36,277 nucleotides of DNA from a virus (taxonomy: Duplodnaviria > Caudoviricetes): the IMG/VR virus record IMGVR_UViG_3300020043_004003, positions 1 through 36,277 of that record; one strand, given 5' to 3'. The notes beneath the pieces are model-generated. The model was not told the origin of the DNA. It worked only from the letters and a program-made list of their open reading frames with translations, and did not search any database. A program made the position numbers and the translations under genes. Below are positions 9,506 through 17,124 of this stretch, one piece after another (the first letter of the stretch is position 1; each line of letters opens with the position of its first letter).

Positions 9506-11080
9506 TTATATCGGGCATGTAACGCTGTTAAATGGAAATACACGCTTACCCTTACCGCCGAAAACAAAAGTCTTTCTTTTGTCCTGGGTAATAGCCCACT
9601 TACGCAGTTGCATAAATTTATCGTCCTTAGAATCTTCTTTCTTAATAACCCTGCCTTTAGGAAAATCCAACAACTGACATAAGCCCTGAACAGCGTCGGC
9701 CAAGTCGTCATGCGGCGTCGAGCGTATACGAGTCATCTGCAATTCCAACTCACCCATACCAGCTTTATGGAACAGCGAATGCTGTGCATACCTCGGCTGA
9801 CATCGAACCATTATCCGCTGTATCTTATCCGCATCCCAAACTAAGTCTTTAAACGAAATCCAATGGTTGTTCTTCTTCATCCACTCACGGAATAAGTGCT
9901 TATACACCTTCTCCAGCTTTGCCTTCTCTAACCCAACTGGTACATAATATCCCGTCAGCGCACGTAGACGTTTCTCCATCTCGACGACGGTAGCCATAAA
10001 CACATCGGGCTTAACACCCTTCTTGTGAAAATAATCATCGACGAGTAAATACGACTCAGGCGTTAAAAAACCGGGGACAATAGCTGTAGAATCACTCTCT
10101 CTTTTTTCTTCCCATGCTAGGTCGCATGATATGGCAGCTCGACAGGTTCTCAACTCGCCCCGGCATATAATAGAATCGTTCTCGTCGTACAATACATAAT
10201 CGTTCTCAATTATTTTCCATCGTCTAAAGTCAGAAGCCTTAATATCGTTCATATCGCCGTGCGACGGGTCGTTTTGGTATTCTTTCGCAAATACCGCTGG
10301 CTTCTTAGCCCGTAAATCTTCCAACTCCGCTACGCTCATCTTCTCAGGCCACAAACTCTTGCCACTATCGCCTAACGCCTTATACAATAACTTCCTGTAT
10401 TCAGGATATTCGCCCTTAGACACCAACAAAGCCATTAACGCATCGTCATGTAATATCGTCCCGATGACAATAACATCCATCGTCTCTTTATCACCAGCAG
10501 GTATCAATGCTTCATCAAACGTCGCACGTAAATTCTTGCGTCTAATAGGGTTTCTTACCAGCTCGTCATCTTCCAAGTCGTCAACTAATATCAAATCAGG
10601 TCGCCACGCACCAAACTTTTCTCCTCTAACGCCACCTAACTGCTCCGCACCCTTACACAATACCCTTGTCTCAAACCCGTCTTTATGGCGGAATATACTA
10701 TCGCCCTCACTATCCTTCGTTATTCTTACACCTAGCTCCTTTATCTTCGGATTCTCACGGTATTCTTTCTTAATGTTCTCCAAAGACTGCGTTGCTTTGT
10801 CATAAGTGCTCTGCGCTATAACAATAAAATGCTTCCGTTTAAAAAATATCGCATGGCTCGGAGTTAATAACGTCAAAATCGTGCTTTTAGCGAACCCACG
10901 AGGAGCCGCTACCGCCAAAAATCTGTTATACTTCGCCTCTTTTACGATCTTTAAATGAAAAGGAGCACTCCCCACTCGGAAATGCTCCTTCAAATAGTAC
11001 ATACCCCACAATAAAGAATTGTTCTCAAACTCTTTTACTATGGACTCGGTGATACTGACATCACCCGACGGATTTAACAC
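9506..11080 (-). CDS. terL: Terminase large subunit
   Basis: Walker A APRGFAKST, Walker B LILVDDLE, VIGT coupling motif, EYQNDP, nuclease CDLA...D and HDDLADA. Confidence 0.92.
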   Translation of the reverse strand: MLNPSGDVSITESIVKEFENNSLLWGMYYLKEHFRVGSAPFHLKIVKEAKYNRFLAVAAPRGFAKSTILTLLTPSHAIFFKRKHFIVIAQSTYDKATQSLENIKKEYRENPKIKELGVRITKDSEGDSIFRHKDGFETRVLCKGAEQLGGVRGEKFGAWRPDLILVDDLEDDELVRNPIRRKNLRATFDEALIPAGDKETMDVIVIGTILHDDALMALLVSKGEYPEYRKLLYKALGDSGKSLWPEKMSVAELEDLRAKKPAVFAKEYQNDPSHGDMNDIKASDFRRWKIIENDYVLYDENDSIICRGELRTCRAAISCDLAWEEKRESDSTAIVPGFLTPESYLLVDDYFHKKGVKPDVFMATVVEMEKRLRALTGYYVPVGLEKAKLEKVYKHLFREWMKKNNHWISFKDLVWDADKIQRIMVRCQPRYAQHSLFHKAGMGELELQMTRIRSTPHDDLADAVQGLCQLLDFPKGRVIKKEDSKDDKFMQLRKWAITQDKRKTFVFGGKGKRVFPFNSVTCPI

Positions 11081-11111
11081 TTCTTTCCGCCCTTTTTTCC
11101 TTTAGATTTCT

Positions 11112-11690
11112 TCACTGTGCATCACCTCCAGCCGAACTTTCACCGCCACCAACCATCCCAACAGCATTTAAATACTCACTTAAATTATTCAACCTGTTCT
11201 CCCACCCATCTGCATACTGACCATACTTTTCAGGGTCTTTAGCTATCAGTTTTTGCATCAATTCCCGACGACGACCAATATACTCGCCTACCAACGCATC
11301 CTCACCGTTCTTAGCCACATAGTCCATAATAGCACCATGTGTCTGATTCCCGTATATCCCGTCAGCCTTTACGCCAACTACCCTCTGCAAATCCTTTATC
11401 GCCTGTGTCGTCCCAGAATTATACCCGTAATCAAAAGCCGCTACCCCTACCTTCGTCGGTAAATTTCCCAAACCAACGCTGTCATAATACATATCCCTTG
11501 CTATCGTATACGCCGTATCACTCCCCATGTCCTTAACGCTCAACTTCTCCTTGCTACCCGTCTTACGCAAGTAATTATCCAGCGTCGTCTGCGTTACCCC
11601 GTAGTTTGTAGGCCCTGCATGGTCTACCACATAACCACCCTCAACATCCGGTCTAAACGTGAACGCCGACGCTATATCGAAATTATCCAC
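11112..11690 (-). CDS. Glycoside hydrolase family 108 lysozyme with peptidoglycan-binding domain
   Basis: EGGYV..HAGPTNYGVT catalytic motif, FDYGYNSG, LQRVVGVKADGIYG, GWENRL. Confidence 0.85.
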   Translation of the reverse strand: MDNFDIASAFTFRPDVEGGYVVDHAGPTNYGVTQTTLDNYLRKTGSKEKLSVKDMGSDTAYTIARDMYYDSVGLGNLPTKVGVAAFDYGYNSGTTQAIKDLQRVVGVKADGIYGNQTHGAIMDYVAKNGEDALVGEYIGRRRELMQKLIAKDPEKYGQYADGWENRLNNLSEYLNAVGMVGGGESSAGGDAQ

Positions 11691-12147
11691 CGACTATCTC
11701 CCCGTCCTGAACCTCGCCCATCTCCAACACCTTATTCATCCCCCGCAACCGCTCCGCCACCAGTAATAAATGCGCCCTGTCCTCCGCCGATAATACTATC
11801 CGGTGATTAACATCCACCCCACCCTCAACCTTCAAATTTATACTCTCCCACCCACGCGCCTTCATGCCTTTATCTAAAAATTTCTCTCGCACAACTAAAT
11901 CAGGAACTTCCGACATAACATAACTGCCATTAACCAACTTATCTACATTCTTAACAGCACTCAACCCCTCATCCAATACCCTAGCAAGTCTCTCATCCGT
12001 CACCCCAGCCCTATCCAATGCCTCTAAACGCCTCTGTATTGAAGCCTCTGCCCTAGATAGTCCTCGACCTACACTACCATCCAAAGATTCAACTGCGTCA
12101 ATCCTAGCGTTATCCAGTGCCTTCGTAGCCATGTCTCTACTTAACAT
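11683..12147 (-). CDS. Putative terminase small subunit
   Basis: First gene of late operon; helical; PDLVVREKFLD motif; size and position. Confidence 0.55.
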   Translation of the reverse strand: MLSRDMATKALDNARIDAVESLDGSVGRGLSRAEASIQRRLEALDRAGVTDERLARVLDEGLSAVKNVDKLVNGSYVMSEVPDLVVREKFLDKGMKARGWESINLKVEGGVDVNHRIVLSAEDRAHLLLVAERLRGMNKVLEMGEVQDGEIVGG

Positions 12148-12248
12148 GTTTTCTTGTTGTGGTCAAGTTTAAAATTTTTTGGCGCGTGCGAGTGATGGCT
12201 AGCACAAGCACCCCCACCCCCTACCCCCGAATTCGTCCGACAATCCCA

Positions 12249-12264
12249 CGTTCCACGTGAAACA
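12249..12264. promoter_or_regulatory. parS-like ParB/Spo0J binding site
   Basis: CGTTCCACGTGAAACA, one mismatch to the canonical TGTTNCACGTGAAACA. Confidence 0.75.
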
Positions 12265-12285
12265 ACATATTATGTCAAGTACGCA

Positions 12286-12313
12286 AGCTAACATAATATC
12301 AATTATAGGTAGT
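12286..12313 (-). promoter_or_regulatory. dif-like XerC/XerD recombination site
   Basis: Minus strand ACTACCTATAA-TTGATA-TTATGTTAGCT, 11-6-11 layout; compare B. subtilis ACTTCCTAGAA-TATATA-TTATGTAAACT and E. coli GGTGCGCATAA-TGTATA-TTATGTTAAAT. Confidence 0.7.
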
Positions 12314-12334
12314 AATATAGCTTAAATGTATGTG

Positions 12335-12347
12335 TATCAATAGGTTA
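12335..12347 (+). promoter_or_regulatory. IHF consensus site
   Basis: TATCAATAGGTTA matches WATCAANNNNTTR exactly; the motif is short and degenerate. Confidence 0.4.
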
Positions 12348-12551
12348 TGTGCATTATCCATATCCTACCTGCTACCACTGCCCTATGCCATGCTCTATCT
12401 AACACCGGAAAACGCAACTACGTGGCATCCTGACGCAAATAACAGGCATCTAAGAATCGTGTCTAATGGCATCTAGCAATGCCAGGTGATATGCCCTGGG
12501 CGCAACCAAAAGCAAGCGATAAAATACCCCAGAAATTACCAATAAACTAAC

Positions 12552-12578
12552 TTAGCACTCTACCACCAAGACTGCTAG
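12552..12578. promoter_or_regulatory. CIRCE-like HrcA operator
   Basis: TTAGCACTC-N9-GACTGCTAG against TTAGCACTC-N9-GAGTGCTAA: 16/18 with exact spacing. Confidence 0.7.
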
Positions 12579-12609
12579 TTATACTTGCATTGTTTTACAT
12601 TCTTTGACA

Positions 12610-12840
12610 TACAGCCTATATTCCATGTTTACAGCGCATTATTAGAGAACGACTGCCTATATATATATAGAGTACAGCTTATACAGCTTATATTCCTATA
12701 TTTTAAATAAAGAAAACATAAAATAGAGAATAGAGAATATAGAGAGTATAGGAAAAAAGTATGGAATATGAGCTGTAAACGCTGTCCAAGCACAAAATTA
12801 CTTAAAAAATGAGCTGTAAAGAAAAAAAAATGAGCTGTAA
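12610..12840. repeat. Iteron-like direct and inverted repeats around an AT-rich core; putative replication origin
   Basis: ATGAGCTGTAA at 12768, 12809, 12830; inverted TACAGC(C/G/T) copies at 12610, 12630, 12673, 12682. Confidence 0.6.
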
Positions 12841-12918
12841 TCACAAAACAAATAAAAACATTATTTTCAATCTTGTTGTAACTCATTGGTATATAACATG
12901 AAATACTTGATAATATTC

Positions 12919-12947
12919 TTGCATATCATTTTATCATCTGTTATACT
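12919..12947 (+). promoter_or_regulatory. Sigma70-type early promoter
   Basis: TTGCAT-17-TATACT with extended TG. Confidence 0.7.
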
Positions 12948-13008
12948 TCTCATTAGTTAGATGTTAACAGATTGACACATAACAACACAGAAACAGGGAG
13001 AAAAAACC

Positions 13009-13209
13009 ATGATAGAAAAACAAAAATATGCCGTTAAATACCAATTAAGCAATGACCCCGTTAACCGCTGGCACAGGTCAATCAAGGCGGCCATTAGAGA
13101 CCTTAAGTCGTGCCAACGGGCGGCCATTAATGGCGGAGATACGCAGGGCATATATCTTGTGGTGGATAATGGCGATGCGCAGATGTTTTTTGACCATACA
13201 GACATTTAA
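13009..13209 (+). CDS. Early hypothetical protein
   Basis: AGGGAG RBS; first ORF after promoter. Confidence 0.7.
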   Translation: MIEKQKYAVKYQLSNDPVNRWHRSIKAAIRDLKSCQRAAINGGDTQGIYLVVDNGDAQMFFDHTDI

Positions 13210-13333
13210 ATAAACGCAAACAAACGGTCGCGCCCCGTGCGATATGCAAGGCGCAGTACAGGCGATCATTAAGACGGCGATTGCTTACGGTAGGACATTG
13301 GATTAAATAACCAAACTAAAAAAGGCGGATGAA

Positions 13334-13561
13334 ATGAGCATGGCAAAATGCAAATGCGGTGTAATATTCGATACAGACATACACCTGGAGACAGATGAAA
13401 GCGGAAATTGCTGTTGTGATAATTGCTTTGAAAAAATCATGGTATCTTTTGAAGAAGATATTGAGGACGCAATTAAAAGATCAACAGACGAAGTTGTAGA
13501 TATAAATGTTGCAAACATGGTTGAGATACTAACTAACAAAGGTTATAGAAAGGTAAAATAA
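13334..13561 (+). CDS. Small Cys-rich (Zn-binding) early protein
   Basis: CKCG...CCCDNC; AAGGCGG RBS-like sequence. Confidence 0.65.
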   Translation: MSMAKCKCGVIFDTDIHLETDESGNCCCDNCFEKIMVSFEEDIEDAIKRSTDEVVDINVANMVEILTNKGYRKVK

Positions 13562-13564
13562 AAC

Positions 13565-13720
13565 ATGGAACTACTAACCGACTACATCGGCACAAACTTT
13601 GAAAAGGGAACAAGATTGCAGTTAGAAAAAATCGCTTATGAGAAAAAAGTCAATCTCTCGACGGTGGTGAGGTGGGCGGTGGATGAGTATCTGAAAAAAG
13701 AATTGGAAAAAATTAGTTGA
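13565..13720 (+). CDS. Ribbon-helix-helix (CopG/Arc-like) regulator, 51 aa
   Basis: Hand translation MELLTDYIGTNFEKGTRLQLEKIAYEKKVNLSTVVRWAVDEYLKKELEKIS; RHH pattern. Confidence 0.65.
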   Translation: MELLTDYIGTNFEKGTRLQLEKIAYEKKVNLSTVVRWAVDEYLKKELEKIS

Positions 13721-13744
13721 CATTGGCATGGGTTTAATTATAAT
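13717..13744 (+). promoter_or_regulatory. Consensus sigma70 promoter for the replication operon
   Basis: TTGACA-16-TATAAT. Confidence 0.75.
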
Positions 13745-13796
13745 AAAATCTATGTTCAAAACGGCAAGACTTAAAAACCTGAACAAATACTATGAG

Positions 13797-13837
13797 ACCT
13801 CAACGAGACCTTAATATCTCGTTGAGGTTTTTCTTTT
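13797..13837 (+). terminator. Intrinsic terminator in the replication operon leader
   Basis: 12-bp perfect stem ACCTCAACGAGA/TCTCGTTGAGGT followed by TTTTCTTTT. Confidence 0.75.
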
Positions 13838-13905
13838 GCCACTAGGGGTTGTCTTGCCGACTTCAAGCCATGTAAATGGTTGCCCTTAGTGGCTTTTTTA
13901 TTTTT
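13838..13905 (+). ncRNA. Structured leader element: 11-bp closing stem, inner GNRA hairpin, U-tract
   Basis: GCCACTAGGGG/CCCTTAGTGGC; AGCCAT-GTAA-ATGGTT; followed by TTTTTTATTTTT. Confidence 0.55.
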
Positions 13906-13915
13906 GGAGTTTAAA

Positions 13916-14404
13916 ATGAGAGTATATGCAAGCATAAAATGTCCTACTAAAAATTGTAATAATAATTCTAGAAAGAGAAAACCGTTTTGCTGTAAATGTT
14001 GGGCTAAGATAGACAAAGGATTAGATCCAACTAAAAAAAATAAATGTTCTGGAGCAAGAAATGTAAATTGGAAAGGAGGAATTTTTCAATACCCCAATCA
14101 TGCGTTAATGAAAAGAAATAGATTGTTAAAATTAAAAGAATGTAATTATATTTGCCAGCAATGTTTTAAAAACAGGGCGACAGAGATCCACCACAAAGAT
14201 TTTTCAAAAGACAATCATTCCTTGGATAATTTAATCCCAATGTGTCGCCCCTGCCACGGATTAAACAGATCAAATAGTTTAATTAAAATTTATGGCAGAA
14301 GCATGAAGCAAATACAGCAAGAATTAAACATTCCGTTAAGCGCTGTTTATACGCTTCATTATAGAAGTAAATTAAAAAAAATATTAAACCTCACCCAAAA
14401 ATGA
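13916..14404 (+). CDS. HNH endonuclease
   Basis: CQQC...IHHKD...NHSLDNLIPMCRPCH; NWKGG motif; start moved to ATG 13916 after GGAG. Confidence 0.85.
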   Translation: MRVYASIKCPTKNCNNNSRKRKPFCCKCWAKIDKGLDPTKKNKCSGARNVNWKGGIFQYPNHALMKRNRLLKLKECNYICQQCFKNRATEIHHKDFSKDNHSLDNLIPMCRPCHGLNRSNSLIKIYGRSMKQIQQELNIPLSAVYTLHYRSKLKKILNLTQK

Positions 14405-14428
14405 GGCCATTCATTTCATCGAGGGAAA

Positions 14429-15769
14429 ATGTCAGAAATCGACGTTATGTTCTCAATCGCACAAGGCATTGCCGCCGGAAAAACCGGACACGAATTTGTC
14501 TATTGCATGGATGAGGACAAATACTATATATATGCGGATGAATACTGGAAGCGGATAAACGAAATTGAATTGATGAGCATAGCCTTGAAGCATTTCACCG
14601 GAGAAAATAACACGGTAAACATAACACGCTATACGGCGTCACGAAGAGCGCAAATTCCAGAAAATTTGAGATTTTTGATATATCAAAAACTACAGGACTT
14701 TAATAAAAACGGATACCTTAATTTTCCAGAAGGCGAAATGGATATGGAAACGGGATACGTCCATAACCACGACAAGAACAACTATTCAACTTTGCGAATG
14801 CCTTATAACTTTAGGATGGGAGCTGATTGCCAGTTGTGGTTAAAGTCGTTAGACGAAATATTTGAAAAGGAAAAAGACCCGAAGAAATGCGCTGAAAAGA
14901 TTGCCATATTACAGGAATTTTTCGGGTACTGCCTGACTAGAGACACGGAGCAAAGAAAAGCACTATTGTTAATTGGGGAATCTAACTGCGGGAAATCGAC
15001 AATATTATGGACGCTCCGCAATATGCTTGGGGATCATAATTGCTCATCGGTATCAATGAAGAATATCAGCAATGCACAATTCACGAGCAGTCTTATGAAT
15101 AAGGCGGTCAATATCGACACGGATGTGTCCACAGATGCACGGGAGTATGAAGAATCTTTCAAAAAGATTGCAGGTGGCGAACCTGTTAATTGCAATAGTA
15201 AGTACCTGGAGCCATTTGATTTTTTCCCGTGGGCAAAAATTATCATGGCAAGTAATGGTTTCCCCCGCTGTTCCGACCATAGCGACGCATTCTTTAACAG
15301 GCTTATAATTATCCCTTGTGAGCGCATATTTGAAGAAAATGAACAAAATAAAAAGTTGCCGAAGTTATTAAAGGAAGAATTGCCGGGGATATTTAACTGG
15401 GCATGGGAAGGGCTGAAGCGATTAAATGCAAGGGGTCAATTTGATATAAAAGATTTCGTCGCACAGGCTCGGCAAGACTTGAGGGATGAGAGCAATCCGA
15501 TTGATGTTTTTTTTAGGGAAACTATAGACGCAACTAAAATATTTGAAGATTATATTGGCAAACAAGAATTATATCAAAAATATCTCGATTGGTGTCGGAA
15601 CAATGGGAATTCCCCGATGTCCAATATCAAATTTGGGAAAGCAGTATTTCAGAAATATAACAAGACAACAGAAAAAGATTCAAAGTTAGATAACGGGATG
15701 AGAGTCTGGCGATGTATGAAACCAAAAGAAAATAGACCACCACAGGATGACATCCAATGGCAGGAATAG
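14429..15769 (+). CDS. D5/P4-type SF3 helicase (primase C-terminal family) with no obvious primase domain
   Basis: LQEFFGYCL, Walker A GESNCGKST, FKKIAGGE, IIMASN, FFNRLIIIP, C-terminal LYQKYLDWC winged helix. Confidence 0.88.
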   Translation: MSEIDVMFSIAQGIAAGKTGHEFVYCMDEDKYYIYADEYWKRINEIELMSIALKHFTGENNTVNITRYTASRRAQIPENLRFLIYQKLQDFNKNGYLNFPEGEMDMETGYVHNHDKNNYSTLRMPYNFRMGADCQLWLKSLDEIFEKEKDPKKCAEKIAILQEFFGYCLTRDTEQRKALLLIGESNCGKSTILWTLRNMLGDHNCSSVSMKNISNAQFTSSLMNKAVNIDTDVSTDAREYEESFKKIAGGEPVNCNSKYLEPFDFFPWAKIIMASNGFPRCSDHSDAFFNRLIIIPCERIFEENEQNKKLPKLLKEELPGIFNWAWEGLKRLNARGQFDIKDFVAQARQDLRDESNPIDVFFRETIDATKIFEDYIGKQELYQKYLDWCRNNGNSPMSNIKFGKAVFQKYNKTTEKDSKLDNGMRVWRCMKPKENRPPQDDIQWQE

Positions 15770-15945
15770 TCGAATACATGAATGTTAAAGGCTTTGACGT
15801 TCTCGACATGAGCCGAATAATCAAATGCCTATCGCTAGGCGGTGAGATCACTAATATATTTGACTGTACTTGGATGGAGTTGAATGCGGATTATATCGCC
15901 CGCCTAGAATATCTTACAAAAACCCAAACAGGAGAAGTGAAATGA
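15757..15945 (+). CDS. Small hypothetical protein
   Basis: Overlaps both neighbours in operon fashion. Confidence 0.55.
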   Translation: MAGIVEYMNVKGFDVLDMSRIIKCLSLGGEITNIFDCTWMELNADYIARLEYLTKTQTGEVK

Positions 15946-16526
15946 CAGAACAAACAACGCAGTTGGAGGTATTAAAGGAGCCTATGGCATTAGGTGAAGT
16001 TTTTGCGGCGTCAGGGATGTTCCCAGACATAAAGACACAGGCGCAAGCCGTGGTTAAGATTATGGCAGGGAAAGAGCTTGGCCTAAGTGCTTTTCAATCA
16101 GTGTCAGGCATCTACATGGTCAACGGACGTCTTGCCCTACAAGCTGGGGTTATGTCGTCGCTGGTAAAGAGAAGCCGCAAATATGATTATACGGTTGACG
16201 AGTTGACTGCCGAAATTTGCAAGTTGACCTTTTATGACATTAGCAAAGATGAACACAGGCCACTAGGAACAAGCGAGTTTACCTTTAAAGACGCCGCTAA
16301 AGCGGGGCTGGTCAATAAAGACAACTGGAAGTCATACCCTAAAAACATGCTTTTCGCTAGAGCGTTGTCTAACGGCGCAAGATGGTATTGCCCCGATGTT
16401 ATCTGCGGTTGGTATACCGAGGAAGAAGTGCAGGACATCGAACAGCCACCAATCGACGCCAACAAGACAGTAATCGACTTAACAGCAGAGGGGGTTCGTA
16501 GTGAGCCGAGTTCATCGAGCGTATAA
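15942..16526 (+). CDS. RecT/Red-beta-like single-strand annealing protein
   Basis: IMAGKELGL...IYMVNGR...AAKAGL..KDNWKSYPKNMLFARA...CPDV; start at ATG 15942 after AGGAG. Confidence 0.75.
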   Translation: MTEQTTQLEVLKEPMALGEVFAASGMFPDIKTQAQAVVKIMAGKELGLSAFQSVSGIYMVNGRLALQAGVMSSLVKRSRKYDYTVDELTAEICKLTFYDISKDEHRPLGTSEFTFKDAAKAGLVNKDNWKSYPKNMLFARALSNGARWYCPDVICGWYTEEEVQDIEQPPIDANKTVIDLTAEGVRSEPSSSSV

Positions 16527-17124
16527 AAATTCTTTGCCATCGGTGACAACTATCTTGGGCGTGTTACGTAAGCCTGGGCTAGAGCATTGGTTTAAAATGA
16601 ACACTTTAAAATTCATTACCAACGCAACAAACAAGGGCAAAACCATAGGAACACAGACACACGAGGCCATAGAACACTTCATAACCACAGGGAAAGCAAG
16701 GGTAGAATCTGAATACCCCACGGAAGTTATTAATGCGCTTAGTTCCTTCATGCTGTTTAGAAAAGAACATCCAGAATGCGATCTAAAGCTGTCAGAGACT
16801 GCGCTAGTACATTCTGTACATAATTATAACGGAACTATTGACGCCCCTAGCCCGCCGGATTTGTACGACTGGAAAAGCGGGGAAGCTAAAGAGTTAGACA
16901 AGCCGAAAGTATATCCAGAGTGGCTTTACCAGTGTTCAGCCTACACACATCTTTGGAATGATAATTACCCCGACACGCCAATAAGACGAGCGCATATAGT
17001 GGCTCTAGCCAAAGATAAAGTAGCGTATAACCTCTACACGATGGAAGAAGAAGAAATCAACAGTTGTTTTAACGAAGTGTTCTTATCTTGTTTAAGAATA
17101 CACAACTACCAAAGGAGAAAGTAA
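16501..17124 (+). CDS. PD-(D/E)XK exonuclease
   Basis: PSVTTIL, GTQTHEAIE, E...GTID...DWKS, QCSAY. Confidence 0.8.
   Translation: MSRVHRAYKNSLPSVTTILGVLRKPGLEHWFKMNTLKFITNATNKGKTIGTQTHEAIEHFITTGKARVESEYPTEVINALSSFMLFRKEHPECDLKLSETALVHSVHNYNGTIDAPSPPDLYDWKSGEAKELDKPKVYPEWLYQCSAYTHLWNDNYPDTPIRRAHIVALAKDKVAYNLYTMEEEEINSCFNEVFLSCLRIHNYQRRK

Noticed and set aside
1049-11810. Plus-strand ORFs opposite the structural genes (and similar shadows at 27109-36270)
   Set aside because: Antisense shadows of well-supported minus-strand genes.
12354-12362. DnaA box TTATCCATA
   Set aside because: Single 8/9 match; expected by chance in AT-rich DNA.
12467-12482. Sigma54 promoter
   Set aside because: GG-to-GC spacing is 11 nt rather than 10.
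12629-12886. 85-aa hydrophobic minus-strand ORF
   Set aside because: Low-complexity translation of the A-rich iteron region.
13228-13270. Small GC-rich hairpin set between early genes as another RNA cassette
   Set aside because: Stems are short (GGTCGC/GCGATC) and share no motif with the tRNA-like family; insufficient support.
16501-17124. Cas4 / CRISPR adaptation gene
   Set aside because: Lacks the Cas4 four-Cys Fe-S pattern; context next to an annealase fits a recombination exonuclease.
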